A stretch of 64,000 nucleotides of DNA from Candidatus Uhrbacteria bacterium (GCA_943359345.1 CALRHE010000002.1:705-64704); one strand, 5' to 3'; shown: positions 8,859-19,597, numbered from the stretch's first letter. The notes: generated from the letters alone by a model not told the origin. A program made the numbers and translations.

Positions 8859-10144
8859 AGCTTGGGGAAATGCTTGAGGAGATCGGCCTCGGTTTTGTAA
8901 GGGCCGATGGCAGCAATCGACAAACGACGGAAGTTGATAATCTCCATAGCCACACGCTTGACGTCACTCAAGTTTACACGATTAAACTTCTCCAGACGCT
9001 GTTCTGGAGTTTCGACCTTGGCATTAAAGAGCTCTTGACGAGCAAAGAACTCTGCCAGGTTAGATGAATCCTCGAGCCTTAGGGTCGTGCCACCCTTGAC
9101 GTTGTCCTTGGCCATCTTAAGCTCGGCTGGCGTAATGCCGTGCTTGGCGATTTTTTTGAGCTCGTTCACAATCACCTTCATGGCCATGGTCAATCGAGTA
9201 GCGTCGAGACCGGCCCGGACCATAAACACGCCCGTGTCTTCGTAGAAATCGGCCGACGAACGCACGTTGTAACACAGGCCTCGCTTCTCACGCACCTCGA
9301 TAAATAAACGTGAGCTCATGGTACCGCCCAAGACACTCGCAAGTAACTTGAGCGCCTCAGCGTCTTTATGATCACGTCCAAAAGTTGGGAAGCCGAGAGC
9401 CACCTGGATTTGTTCGAGTTTTTTGTTCTGAATGCGTACACGTGGTTTGTCCCACTCGCCTGCAACAATAAACTGCACGCTCTCAGACACCATGGGACGA
9501 GCTTTGACGCTGCCGAAGGTTTTCTCGAGAGTACCCATGATGCCCTGAGGCACATTACCAGCTACGACCACCACCATATTCTCTGGTACGTAATGGGCGT
9601 CGCGATAAGCCAAAACATCGTTGCGCTTCATGTTGATCATCGACTTGGATGTACCTGCGATGTTACGGCCGAGAATATGTTTATCAAAAATGGCTTCCTC
9701 GAGCATGTCCTCAAGATGCATGATGGGGTTTTCCTCGTACATCTTGATCTCTTCGATGATAACTTTCTTTTCGCGCGTCATCTCAGCTGCCTCGAATTTG
9801 GAGCTGAAGAGCATGTCGTGCAACAAATCAACCGCCACCGGAATTTGCTCGGTAGCAATCTTCACCCAATAACCAGTCAGATCTTTACCGGTATAGGCGT
9901 TATACTCGGCACCGTAACGGTCGAGCTCCTTTGAAATGTCAATCGTTTCCGGTCGCTTTTTGGTGCCTTTGAACATCAAGTGCTCAATGAAGTGAGACCC
10001 ACCCCAAACTTTAAGCGGCTCGTTGCGCGAACCAACCTTAAACAAAACCAGCAAAGTGGCGGCCTGCGTACCTTCGAGCGGAACAATGTGAACACGGGTA
10101 CCGTTTTTGAGTTTGTGAACTTTCGACATAGCCATTACTTTCAA
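8855..10144 (-). CDS. M16 family zinc peptidase
   Basis: HFIEHLMFKGT (HxxEH), NAYT, SSRLF.EVREKRGL.Y. Confidence 0.93.
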   Translation of the reverse strand: MKVMAMSKVHKLKNGTRVHIVPLEGTQAATLLVLFKVGSRNEPLKVWGGSHFIEHLMFKGTKKRPETIDISKELDRYGAEYNAYTGKDLTGYWVKIATEQIPVAVDLLHDMLFSSKFEAAEMTREKKVIIEEIKMYEENPIMHLEDMLEEAIFDKHILGRNIAGTSKSMINMKRNDVLAYRDAHYVPENMVVVVAGNVPQGIMGTLEKTFGSVKARPMVSESVQFIVAGEWDKPRVRIQNKKLEQIQVALGFPTFGRDHKDAEALKLLASVLGGTMSSRLFIEVREKRGLCYNVRSSADFYEDTGVFMVRAGLDATRLTMAMKVIVNELKKIAKHGITPAELKMAKDNVKGGTTLRLEDSSNLAEFFARQELFNAKVETPEQRLEKFNRVNLSDVKRVAMEIINFRRLSIAAIGPYKTEADLLKHFPKL

Positions 10145-10189
10145 GAATCACACTGGCAGATTTTAGACGATCGCCTGTTTTCTGCCAAA

Positions 10190-11497
10190 CTAACAACCGA
10201 GCTGTTTCGACAAGTAGTCCTCGAGCTCCGCTAGAGGGACTCGTGCCTGCTTCATCGAATCTCGCTCACGCACCGTCACGGCTTTGTCCTCAAGCGTCTC
10301 AAAGTCGACCGTCACGCAGAACGGTGTACCAATTTCATCTTGCCGGCGATAGCGCTTACCAATCGATTGTGTTTCGTCATAATCAGTGCGCCAGCGCTTA
10401 GCAAGTTGCTTAGCCAAAGGCTCGGCGACGCTTGAAAGCTCGTCTTTCTTTGAAAGCGGGAGGACCGCGAGCTTGATGGGAGCCAAATGCTTGGGCAAGC
10501 GCAAGACTACACGTGTTTCACCTTCAACTTCTTCTTCGTGGTAGGCGGACAGCAAAGTCACAAGCAACGTACGATCAACGCCAAACGCTGGTTCAACAAC
10601 GTGAGGAACGTATTTCTCCTTAGTCTCAGGATCGGTATAGTCTAACTTTTCTCCGGACTTTTCTGCATGTTTCATCAGGTCAAAATCCGTCCGATAGGCC
10701 AGGCCGTACAATTCCTTACGACCAAACGGGTAATCGAATTCGATGTCAACCGTACGCTTTGAATAGTGAGCCCGATCTTCAGGCGACACTTCAAGTTCGT
10801 GAATCTTTGACTTATCGAAACCGCATTCCTCCATCCATTCATGCATTTGCTTGAGCCAGTACTCAAAATGCTTTTCCCATTCGCTAGGATGCACGAAATA
10901 TTCGAACTCCATGAGATCAAACTCTCGTTGTCGGAAGATAAAATTTCCTGGCGTAATCTCATTGCGGAAGACTCGACCGCACTGAGCGATACCAAACGGG
11001 ATACGCTTACGTGACGTCAGAAGAACATGATTAAAATCAACGAACATGGCTTGAGCTGTTTCGGGTCGTAAATAGACCTCTGCAGAGGCATCTTGCTTAG
11101 GCCCTAGCCAGGTACGCAGCATCATATTAAAAGCTGCCGGCTCCGTGAATGTGCCCTTATTGCCACATTTCTGACAGGATTTGGAGAGATCGATTTGATC
11201 AGCACGATAGCGTTCATGGCATTGCTTACACTCAACCAGAGGATCACTAAAGGTGGCGATGTGGCCAGATGCCTCCCAAACTTTCGGGTTCATGATCAGG
11301 GCAGCATCAATACCGACCATATCAAGGCGAGAGGTCACAAACTTCTTCCACCAAGCCTGTTTGATATTATTCTTAAGCTCAACACCAAGCGGACCGTAAT
11401 CCCAGCTGTTAGCCAGACCTCCATAAATATCCGAACCGGGAAAAATAAATCCCCGGGTCTTACACAGCGTGACAATCTTATCCATTGAAACATCCAT
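10190..11497 (-). CDS. glyQS: Glycine--tRNA ligase (alpha2 type)
   Basis: DYGPLGVELK, YLRPETAQ, FRNEITPGNFIFR.REF, IGKRYRRQDEIGTP. Confidence 0.96.
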   Translation of the reverse strand: MDVSMDKIVTLCKTRGFIFPGSDIYGGLANSWDYGPLGVELKNNIKQAWWKKFVTSRLDMVGIDAALIMNPKVWEASGHIATFSDPLVECKQCHERYRADQIDLSKSCQKCGNKGTFTEPAAFNMMLRTWLGPKQDASAEVYLRPETAQAMFVDFNHVLLTSRKRIPFGIAQCGRVFRNEITPGNFIFRQREFDLMEFEYFVHPSEWEKHFEYWLKQMHEWMEECGFDKSKIHELEVSPEDRAHYSKRTVDIEFDYPFGRKELYGLAYRTDFDLMKHAEKSGEKLDYTDPETKEKYVPHVVEPAFGVDRTLLVTLLSAYHEEEVEGETRVVLRLPKHLAPIKLAVLPLSKKDELSSVAEPLAKQLAKRWRTDYDETQSIGKRYRRQDEIGTPFCVTVDFETLEDKAVTVRERDSMKQARVPLAELEDYLSKQLGC

Positions 11498-11500
11498 AGT

Positions 11501-12043
11501 CTAAACAGTCATGATGTCTTTTTCTTTCTTGTCGCCGGTGTCTTCGATCTTGGCTACGTAATCTTTGACGGTCTTGTCGAGCAGCTCAAGGTCACGGCGA
11601 ATATCATCTTGGCCAACGCCGGTTTGTTTTTCTGTTTGTTTTTTGACGTCTTCACGAATTTTACGAATTTGCACGCGCGCATCTTCAAGCTTCTCACTCA
11701 TGACTTTGACCATTTTCTTGCGATTCTCCTCGGTCATCATGGGCATGATGAGACGGATAATCTTGCCATCAACCACTGGTGACACACCTATGCCAGAGGC
11801 CACAATGGCTGACTCGATGGCTTTCACAACTGAAGAGTCCCAAGGCTCAATCACTAGCGTGCGGGCGTCTGGAGTCGACATTGAGCCCAAGGCCTTAACA
11901 GGCTGGGCCGTGCCATAAGCCTCAACCATCAGATCTTCAACCAAAGCTGGGCTGGCGCGTCCGGTGCGGAGCGTACCAAGCTCGTGTGTGAGGTGCTCAA
12001 GGACTTTATCAAAGTCCGGTTTATACTCGTTAATTGTGGCCAT
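11501..12043 (-). CDS. frr: Ribosome recycling factor
   Basis: LRTGRASP, IEPWD, P.MTEENRK motifs. Confidence 0.96.
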   Translation of the reverse strand: MATINEYKPDFDKVLEHLTHELGTLRTGRASPALVEDLMVEAYGTAQPVKALGSMSTPDARTLVIEPWDSSVVKAIESAIVASGIGVSPVVDGKIIRLIMPMMTEENRKKMVKVMSEKLEDARVQIRKIREDVKKQTEKQTGVGQDDIRRDLELLDKTVKDYVAKIEDTGDKKEKDIMTV

Positions 12044-12071
12044 AGTGGCTATACGCTATCCTGCTGGCCTA

Positions 12072-13130
12072 CTAGTCGTCAATTGTTACGCCACCTAAAT
12101 AAATACGCTCGGGGTTACTCTCATCAACATGAATTACAGAGGCAGCCCTGGTGGTGGGCAAAGTAGCCGTGCTCCAGGCATCGCCCCCGGAGGTAGAGGT
12201 GTAGAAGGTCGCGCCGCTAGCGTAATAAAACAGCTCTTTGTTTTGGGGAGAAATTTCAGCTGCTGAGATGCCGTCACCGCTAGCGCTCACAAGGGATATA
12301 CCTTGCCAGCTGGCAGCTTGATCGTCAGATATAGCCAAACCATAACCACTATGCATGAGTACGCGTGCGCCGTCGTCGGTTTGTGAGAAGCCTAAAACTT
12401 TGTGAGAATTTTTCAATTCGGACATGGAGTCTTTCAAGCTAACCCAAACTGCACCGCCGTCAACCGAACGGAACACCCCGCCTGACAAAGTGCCAGCAAT
12501 CACAATCCGACTGTCGGAATTACTCACCAGAATGTCCACCACGGCGTTGCGATGTCTGGCCACAGCTGTCCAGGTAGCGCCGCCATCAAGTGAGCGCAAA
12601 ACATCACCTTCGGTGTTGCCCAGATACAAGGTCTCGGGGTTGTACCAATCAAGAGCTAAAGCGGTCAGAGCTTCGTCAGTACGTGTTTCCACGTAAGTGT
12701 CAGTATCGAACTCACGGCCACAAGTCGTAGTTTTGAGCAACCGATCAGCCTTCAATAAATAATATGTACACACGTTGCGTGGATCAACTTCAATAGCTAA
12801 CACGGAACCACTGGCTGCTAATTGCGCTTCCGGTCTCATCCATGACTCACCCTGATCATAAGTGTAGAATAAACCACTGGTCTTTGAACCCAGATACAGC
12901 ACCGTGTCATCAGATGGATCTTGTTCCAAGGCCAAAACATCTAGGCCGTTGATGCTGCCCGTACCGCTTGATAACGGCAGGGCGTTTTTTGGTGTCCAAC
13001 TAGCCCCCTGATTGTCAGAAACCCAGATTCCACCGCTAGCCGCGGTAGTGGTACTATCGCCACCAAGGCAACCAGCACCAGCTAGTAAAAATAAGGTCAG
13101 AGCCACAAATGTTGAGCGAAATTTTGTCAT
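12072..13130 (-). CDS. BNR/Asp-box beta-propeller lipoprotein (YCF48-like)
   Basis: Lipobox AGAGC; repeated S.D.G.[ST]W Asp boxes. Confidence 0.8.
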   Translation of the reverse strand: MTKFRSTFVALTLFLLAGAGCLGGDSTTTAASGGIWVSDNQGASWTPKNALPLSSGTGSINGLDVLALEQDPSDDTVLYLGSKTSGLFYTYDQGESWMRPEAQLAASGSVLAIEVDPRNVCTYYLLKADRLLKTTTCGREFDTDTYVETRTDEALTALALDWYNPETLYLGNTEGDVLRSLDGGATWTAVARHRNAVVDILVSNSDSRIVIAGTLSGGVFRSVDGGAVWVSLKDSMSELKNSHKVLGFSQTDDGARVLMHSGYGLAISDDQAASWQGISLVSASGDGISAAEISPQNKELFYYASGATFYTSTSGGDAWSTATLPTTRAASVIHVDESNPERIYLGGVTIDD

Positions 13131-13148
13131 AAACTTAATGAATAGATT

Positions 13149-14048
13149 TTAGGGTAGAGCCAGGGAGATCCGCTCCAGGGCCAGGGCCGGGTTGCCATTA
13201 TCGCGCAAGGCTTCACGAGCGTCGAGTAAGGCTGAAAGCCCAGCTGCAAAGGCCTGATGCTTGACCTGATCTTGGTGGAGCTTGGTATGCAGGGCACCGC
13301 ACAAGTCTAGTAACCAAGCCTGACGACCGTCAGCGCTTTTGGCGTCGTCACCTTTCACAAGTGTGGTGATTAGCTTGATTCGCTCGTACCTAGGTGCGGC
13401 GATAAACTTGTCTATAGCCGCTGACTGCTGACGTGCCTGCATGAGTGCGTCAGCGTCGGCCAAGCCAAGAGCGATACCGGGTAAACCCACCGAACGACGA
13501 GCAGCTTCTTCAGCAACTTTTTCAGTATAGCCACGGGCCACGAGCTGCTCCACAATCTGCCGTGTGGGTACGCGTGACAAGGTCACAGGCACACTACGTG
13601 ACAGAATAGTACGCAACAAACGAGCACGATCTTCAGCCAGCAAAATTAAGACGGCGCTGCCAGCAGGTTCTTCAAGCGTTTTCAGAAGTGCGTTCTGAGC
13701 CTGCACCGTCATGCAGTCTGCGTCTTCGATAATTACAATCTTGCGCTTACCTACAGCTGACAAAGCCAGACGGTCACAAGCCAGGCGAACTAGTTCAAGC
13801 GGGATGTGCCGTTTTTTCTCATTAGTTTTTTCGTCTACTGGTCGGGCCAAAAAAATCACATCCGGATGAACCCCTAAACGCTTAGGCTCAACCTCCAATA
13901 AAGCCGCCACGAAACTCTGGGCCAGGGCCATTTTGCCAACACCCTGGGGCCCCAAAAGCACATAAGCATGAGCCGCCGTATCCTGCTCTAAAACACGCTT
14001 AAAATAAGCCGTTTGTAGCTCATGGCCAATCAAATCCTCAAATGCCAT
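13149..14048 (-). CDS. holB: DNA polymerase III delta' subunit
   Basis: HAYVLLGPQGVGK, HPD, AQNALLKTLEEP, TILSRS. ATG at 14048 preferred. Confidence 0.88.
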   Translation of the reverse strand: MAFEDLIGHELQTAYFKRVLEQDTAAHAYVLLGPQGVGKMALAQSFVAALLEVEPKRLGVHPDVIFLARPVDEKTNEKKRHIPLELVRLACDRLALSAVGKRKIVIIEDADCMTVQAQNALLKTLEEPAGSAVLILLAEDRARLLRTILSRSVPVTLSRVPTRQIVEQLVARGYTEKVAEEAARRSVGLPGIALGLADADALMQARQQSAAIDKFIAAPRYERIKLITTLVKGDDAKSADGRQAWLLDLCGALHTKLHQDQVKHQAFAAGLSALLDAREALRDNGNPALALERISLALP

Positions 14049-14144
14049 ATCGCTTATAAGTATAACACATAAATTACCCCTTAACCCCATCAACACCCTT
14101 AACTACTTTATCACTAATATTAGCCCTAAAACAACTCTTTTCCC

Positions 14145-14173
14145 TTGACAAAAGTCAATTTTTATGCTATCTT
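14145..14173 (+). promoter_or_regulatory. Strong sigma70 promoter with no downstream protein gene
   Basis: TTGACA-N17-TATCTT with an extended TG. Confidence 0.75.
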
Positions 14174-14228
14174 ATCCGGTTGCTTAAAAATCTATCAATC
14201 TAATAGGACGGTTTCATTTGAGGCTGTC

Positions 14229-14410
14229 CAATTGCTCCCAATATTCGGGGAGGAGAGATGGTCGGACGGGATTGGCAACACCAGTCCCCCGATCGGTGTG
14301 GGGGTACCGGACTTGGCTCCGGCTGACTCTTGGCACCGCGCCGCATCACGACCCATATCAACTTCGGCTGATCACTGAGTCCCTTCTTTCCGAAATCTTG
14401 TGAGGAATTG
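14229..14410 (+). ncRNA. Structured ncRNA, candidate 6S RNA
   Basis: About 180 nt. The 5' end CAATTGCTCCCAATATTCGGGGAGGAG pairs with the 3' end CTTCTTTCCGAAATCTTGTGAGGAATTG; internal hairpins; own promoter; no credible ORF. Confidence 0.5.
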
Positions 14411-14412
14411 TT

Positions 14413-15189
14413 TTACTCCCCCACCTTCAGCTGCTTTTGTATTTCTCCGGCCTGTTGCCAAGCCAGTTCAAGCGTGGCTCGACAGGTATCGGCAATCGCT
14501 GGCGAAATGATTTCTATAGCGACGACGTTGTGTGTGTACGCGAACAATAACACATGGTCTTCACACACAGTCATTTCACCCCGCACATCCATCAGCGCTT
14601 TGGGTACCCGACGGACTATAAAATCAGAACCCCTAGGCGGATCAATCGGGAGGTCAGTCACAAGAATGGCGCGGCCACAAGACTGTTTTTGCTGCAACCG
14701 CTCAGTATTTTCCTGAACCAAAGTTTCTCTGTGCAGCTCTAGAAAAGCGTCGTAACCAACCAACTGCAAGATGGGTTTATTTAGCTCAGCATATTCTGCA
14801 TGAATAGCATGCAGCTCTTTGGCGTCGTTAATTATCCGAAAACGTGGTTTGAGCTGGCCATCACCTGCCAGAGCTTCGAGTTGTGGCAGAAATAGTTCAG
14901 CCCTGCGACGACGGGCATGCACCTCTTCAAGCTGTAACGCTAAGAGCTTGTTAATCTGGTTGGGCGGCTCGGTGATGAAAGTTTGTTGCTCAGTGTCTTC
15001 GATCAATCTCACCAGACCTTGTGAAATCAACTGACCCAAAGTGTCATAGCAAGAAGCTCGAGGCAAGCCAGTGGCCAAGGCCAACTGCTGAGCCCCGCTT
15101 TTTCCAAACCTAAGTAAAGTCACGTAAACACAAGCTTGGCGCTCAGTAAAACCTAACTGCTCAAGTTCAAACTGAAGATCGCCTTGCAT
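14413..15189 (-). CDS. TrmB family transcriptional regulator
   Basis: LEQLGFTERQACVY.TLL..G...AQQLA..TGLPRASCYD.L..L...GLV winged-helix motif. Confidence 0.85.
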   Translation of the reverse strand: MQGDLQFELEQLGFTERQACVYVTLLRFGKSGAQQLALATGLPRASCYDTLGQLISQGLVRLIEDTEQQTFITEPPNQINKLLALQLEEVHARRRRAELFLPQLEALAGDGQLKPRFRIINDAKELHAIHAEYAELNKPILQLVGYDAFLELHRETLVQENTERLQQKQSCGRAILVTDLPIDPPRGSDFIVRRVPKALMDVRGEMTVCEDHVLLFAYTHNVVAIEIISPAIADTCRATLELAWQQAGEIQKQLKVGE

Positions 15190-15193
15190 AAGT

Positions 15194-16324
15194 TTATTCG
15201 TGCGCGGTGGCTCGTAAAGCCTGCCAAGTTGCCTCGGCCGTCTGAATCCAAGAAAAAGCTTTAACTCGTTCTTTACCTTTAACGCTTAGCTCTTCACGAC
15301 GTTTTTGATCAATCAGCATGGTATCAAGTGCCACCGTCCATTTGGCCACATCCAGCGCTGGCACAAACACAGCGGCTTCATGAGCGATTTCACGCATGAC
15401 TGGGAGGTCGCTTGTAACCACTGGAATACCAGCTGTCATGGCTTCAAGTATGGGGATACCAAAACCCTCACCAAGTGAAGGAAAGGCAAAGCACAAAGCG
15501 TTGGCCATCAACTCCGGGACATCCTCGTCAGGCACATAACCCAAGAACAAAATATCGTTGGTACAGTTAGAGGCCTTGGCCAGATTCAGAGCGGCTTCAG
15601 CGCCAAAACCATAGCTGCCAGCTAACACCAATTTAAGCGGATGACCAACGCCGTAACGACGGCGTAGCTCAATAAAGGCCTTGATCAAAGTAATCGGGTT
15701 TTTCTTGGTTTCAACACGACCTACAAATAAGACGTACATACCCGGAGTCAGGGCATATTTACCCATAACTGCCTGGGCAGTCGCAGGCGGTCCAAGGCTG
15801 CTACCCGGAGCCAGATGTGTGACCACTAAACGCTCAGCTGGAACTTTATAAATGTCGATGAGATCTTTTTTTGTAGATTCAGACACGGTCACAATCCTAG
15901 CCGCTCGTTTTGCAATACTTTTAATCGCCCACTCTTGGCGGCGCAAGCTAGCAGTCGAATAGGCGCCCGGCACGTGTCTAAAAATCACATCGTGTACGGT
16001 AGTCATAACTTTGGCGCGACCGTGACAGAGTGGAATCTCGTGGGCCGGATTAAAGAACACATCAGGTGGATGCCGCAGCAGTTCGTAACTCAAACGTATG
16101 TGTGTCCAGCCGCGCGGCAACCAAAAATCTAACTCTTTCCAAACCCAACCAACTGGTAAAACTAGCTGGGCTGGTTTAGCTTGAGGGGCATATAAAATCA
16201 CTCGCTCAGACTCGGGCGCGAGTGGCAATGTCATCATGGCCGACAAAAGTTGGGTAACATACCGTTCCACACCGGTTGGAGTCGGCTTGATCAAGGCAGT
16301 GCCATCGATTCCGTATGTAATCAT
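15194..16324 (-). CDS. GT4 (family 1/RfaB-like) glycosyltransferase
   Basis: TGVERY, TVHDV, GRVETKKN, PSLGEGFGIPILEAM motifs. Confidence 0.92.
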   Translation of the reverse strand: MITYGIDGTALIKPTPTGVERYVTQLLSAMMTLPLAPESERVILYAPQAKPAQLVLPVGWVWKELDFWLPRGWTHIRLSYELLRHPPDVFFNPAHEIPLCHGRAKVMTTVHDVIFRHVPGAYSTASLRRQEWAIKSIAKRAARIVTVSESTKKDLIDIYKVPAERLVVTHLAPGSSLGPPATAQAVMGKYALTPGMYVLFVGRVETKKNPITLIKAFIELRRRYGVGHPLKLVLAGSYGFGAEAALNLAKASNCTNDILFLGYVPDEDVPELMANALCFAFPSLGEGFGIPILEAMTAGIPVVTSDLPVMREIAHEAAVFVPALDVAKWTVALDTMLIDQKRREELSVKGKERVKAFSWIQTAEATWQALRATAHE

Positions 16325-16338
16325 AGAGTGATACGGAT

Positions 16339-16453
16339 TAGTCATTACAAAATTAGATATTAGCAGCAATTAGAGAATAGAAATTAGACTGAAACGGAGC
16401 GGTTCTAAGTACTCTTTTCTATTCTCTGCTAATTCCTAATTTTGTAATGACTA
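16339..16453. repeat. Long AT-rich inverted repeat with short-period (A)TTAG/CTAA(T) units
   Basis: Perfect 18-bp inverted repeat TAGTCATTACAAAATTAG plus an inner AGAGAATAGAAA/TTTCTATTCTCT stem. Confidence 0.7.
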
Positions 16454-16456
16454 CTC

Positions 16457-17461
16457 CTAATTACTAAACAAACTCCGCTTGTAGGCTTCAAGATTCTCAA
16501 GCGCGAGCCCAGTACCGCGGGCTACGCATAACTGCGGGTCTTCGGCCATGTAGGTTGGCACGCTGGTAGCTTCGGCTATCAAACGATCAAAATTTCGCAA
16601 CTGACTCGAACCGCCAGAGATCACAATGCCTTTGTCCATGACGTCAGCTGAAAGTTCTGGTGGCGTTTGATTCAAAACATCCTTGAGCGCCGCCAGTATA
16701 CCCTCAAGCAGAGGCTGGATAGCCTCAGTTACGTCATCGCTCGTGACCTCGATGATTTTGGGGAGACCCGTGATCATGTCGCGACCCTTAACGTCCATCC
16801 TGAGCTTGTCAGTGAGGTACATAGCTGAACCGCACTTGATCTTAATGTCTTCAGCTGTACGTTCTCCGATGGCCAAATTATACGTACGGCGTATAAACTC
16901 CATAATCGCATGATCCATTTTGACGCCACCAATCCGAACCGAGGTCGAGGCCACAATGCCACCAAGCGAAATGACCGCCATCTCGCTTGTGCCACCACCA
17001 ATCTCTACGATCATATGACCGTTCGGACTACCAATCGGAATATTGGCACCTATGGCCGCCACGATCGGTTGCTTAATAATATAAGCAGCCTTAGCACCAG
17101 CTGAGAGAGCAGCGTCGATTACAGCCCGTCGTTCAGTTGAGGTAATCCCGCCCGGTACTGCAATCATGACTTCTGGTCGAAAAATACGTACGCCTCCCAA
17201 AGCTTTATTAATAAAATAACGCAGCATCGCCTCTGTGGTTCGGTAGTCAGCAATAACCCCATCCTTCAAAGGTCGGCGCGCCACGATGGTGTCCGGCGTA
17301 CGCCCAAGCATGTCCTTGGCCTCTTTGCCAACAGCTAAAACAGTCTTATCCAATTTAGATATAGCCACCACCGACGGCTCATTAATAATAATGCCCCGCT
17401 TTGGGACATACACCAAGACTGTAGTGGTACCTAGATCGATACCGATTTTTTTGCTGAACAT
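16457..17461 (-). CDS. mreB: Rod shape-determining protein MreB
   Basis: IGIDLGT, NEPSVVA, RPLKDGVIAD, IGGGTSE, IGERTAEDIK. Confidence 0.96.
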   Translation of the reverse strand: MFSKKIGIDLGTTTVLVYVPKRGIIINEPSVVAISKLDKTVLAVGKEAKDMLGRTPDTIVARRPLKDGVIADYRTTEAMLRYFINKALGGVRIFRPEVMIAVPGGITSTERRAVIDAALSAGAKAAYIIKQPIVAAIGANIPIGSPNGHMIVEIGGGTSEMAVISLGGIVASTSVRIGGVKMDHAIMEFIRRTYNLAIGERTAEDIKIKCGSAMYLTDKLRMDVKGRDMITGLPKIIEVTSDDVTEAIQPLLEGILAALKDVLNQTPPELSADVMDKGIVISGGSSQLRNFDRLIAEATSVPTYMAEDPQLCVARGTGLALENLEAYKRSLFSN

Positions 17462-17515
17462 AAGCAACAGGAAGATTAGACAGTATACGATTCACGACCG
17501 TCTACGGTCTACTGT

Positions 17516-19597
17516 CTAGCGTAAACGAACTGTGAGCAGCTTATCCGTATTCAGCTTAGTTGTCACTTGATAATAGTTGTCTCCAAAATCTGCCAAGTTT
17601 TCGCCGGGCACGGCCGACTTCAAGGTGTTATCAAAGTCTAGGTTGAGGGTCAAAAGGTTATCCCCTGCTCCCATCTGTTTTATGGCTAATAATCGATAAG
17701 TGCCACGGTCAATGGCATTGCTAACCGTGACTGGAAGATCATATGTAAAACTTAAGGTCCCGGTCTGCCCAGGTTCGATAGCAATAAAGGCTCCAAAACT
17801 CGTCATCCCAAACTCATCAGCAACCGCAATCTCACCTGGGAGTAAACCAGGATTACGGATTTGGTCATCTATAAGGCTGCCGGACGAAGACACCAAGGTA
17901 GAACCAAGTGGAACATAAATACGCGTGTAGGTTCTATAACGCGTAGTTTTCCAATCAAAACCACCTTGATGATCATAAGTAATACTCGTGGTGGCACGAT
18001 AACCAGCACCGTTTTTCACAATGCTGTATGTAACGTGCCTATCAACCGCAGGATCGGTCTTTAGGGATGCCAGATTAGCATCAACTGTCATGAGAACATC
18101 ATCGCTGCCAGCAGGATTAAGCACACCAGCCCAGCCGCTGTCTTCAAGTGCGGCTTGTGACTTGTCATCATAGCTCATGAGTGCGAACTCCTTTTCATCA
18201 AAGCCATCATTCAGAATCCGGAACAAACCAAGCCAAGCTGACGGAGGCAAGGCCAAGAGCTGATCAACCAGCTCGGTTGTAAGCGTACTTACGATCTCCT
18301 TACGTTGTTCTGGTGGAATAGCTGCGTCTACAAACCCCTTTTCAACCTGATATTCAAGTTGGTCGGCGATATTCTCGCTGGTAAAAGTTTGCCCCTCCAC
18401 GGTAACTGGACCCACCAAAGTTAAGAGCCTAGAAATGAAGGTTGGTGTGATGCCTATCACGCCGTGGATTTCCGGTACGGGCTGGCCCCCAAAAGCCACT
18501 TCCTGGCGCAGCAGCTGAACGGCGTCTTTAGCAGTTTGAGAAAAATCTGGCGACCAAGCGGCATCGCGGAAAAACCAGTCTGGCTGAGACAGATAGGACC
18601 CGAGGGGCGGAGGCGGATTCACGTGATACGCAGACTGACCTTGTACCAGTGCGTCAAGATGATATGAATCAGCAGTCACCATGTTCTTGATCTGGCCATC
18701 ACGCATCAGCATCAAGCCATAAACTCCAATAAAACCACCTCCTGGCCGGAGCTCAGTATCGTTCAAGAACAAAACTAAAAATTGTTTATCCTCTCCCAGG
18801 CCAGCATATTCTGGTGCGATAGCTGCGAAAGGAACTAAAACATCGACACTCGTCAGCAACTCCGGAACCAGTAAACGCACGGGCTCAATAACTTTTTCTA
18901 GTGCCGGTAGTAATTGATAACTATTAAGACGGTCAAGATCGGTCTGGGCTAAACGCAAGCGTACCTGCATCTCCCTAAGTTCCGGAAGTGAGGCCGACAA
19001 ACCTGTGAGCAGCAAACGTTTTTCTTCATCAGACAGATCTACATACGGCCGCGCTAAGGCAGAACCGTCGGTTCCTGAGAGTAAACTCTCAGCTTGATTG
19101 GCAGCGCTAAAAACATCTTCGGCTATGTGTAGCCCAGTTAAAATAACCTCAAGAGTTTCAAGCGAGGCATCTATAACCACCTCCGTAGCCGTTAATTGCT
19201 CTCCGACCCAGGGCAAAATTTTAAGATAACTTAAAAACGGGAAACCAGATTTAATCTCCTGCAAGCCCACCGCCGCGTCTTCAAGGGCCTGGTTAGCGAC
19301 CAATAAGTCAGAGGCTTCAACCGCTGTCCGACCCACAGCCGTAGCCGCTTTGACTTTTAAGGCACCATCGAGCAAAAAAGCCAAGCCAATGAGTGTCAAT
19401 AAAAACGTCACTGATAGCCCCGCTAACGCCAACCAAACACAAATACGGCGATTTTTCATGACAGGTGATGCCACAACTTTAGGTTCCCCCACCTCGACTT
19501 TAGGGGGGTTATGTGAGGGTCTCGCTGGTTCTAGAAAGTTGTGGGAATTCACGGGGATTTTTCTGACCGGAATGTTTACGGAAGAATTTGTAAGCAC
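17516..19597 (-). CDS. DUF4012 domain membrane protein
   Basis: FLNDTELRPGGGFIG, FRDAAWSPDF, DANL...KTD motifs. Start uncertain (possibly 19459). Confidence 0.85.
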   Translation of the reverse strand: MLTNSSVNIPVRKIPVNSHNFLEPARPSHNPPKVEVGEPKVVASPVMKNRRICVWLALAGLSVTFLLTLIGLAFLLDGALKVKAATAVGRTAVEASDLLVANQALEDAAVGLQEIKSGFPFLSYLKILPWVGEQLTATEVVIDASLETLEVILTGLHIAEDVFSAANQAESLLSGTDGSALARPYVDLSDEEKRLLLTGLSASLPELREMQVRLRLAQTDLDRLNSYQLLPALEKVIEPVRLLVPELLTSVDVLVPFAAIAPEYAGLGEDKQFLVLFLNDTELRPGGGFIGVYGLMLMRDGQIKNMVTADSYHLDALVQGQSAYHVNPPPPLGSYLSQPDWFFRDAAWSPDFSQTAKDAVQLLRQEVAFGGQPVPEIHGVIGITPTFISRLLTLVGPVTVEGQTFTSENIADQLEYQVEKGFVDAAIPPEQRKEIVSTLTTELVDQLLALPPSAWLGLFRILNDGFDEKEFALMSYDDKSQAALEDSGWAGVLNPAGSDDVLMTVDANLASLKTDPAVDRHVTYSIVKNGAGYRATTSITYDHQGGFDWKTTRYRTYTRIYVPLGSTLVSSSGSLIDDQIRNPGLLPGEIAVADEFGMTSFGAFIAIEPGQTGTLSFTYDLPVTVSNAIDRGTYRLLAIKQMGAGDNLLTLNLDFDNTLKSAVPGENLADFGDNYYQVTTKLNTDKLLTVRLR

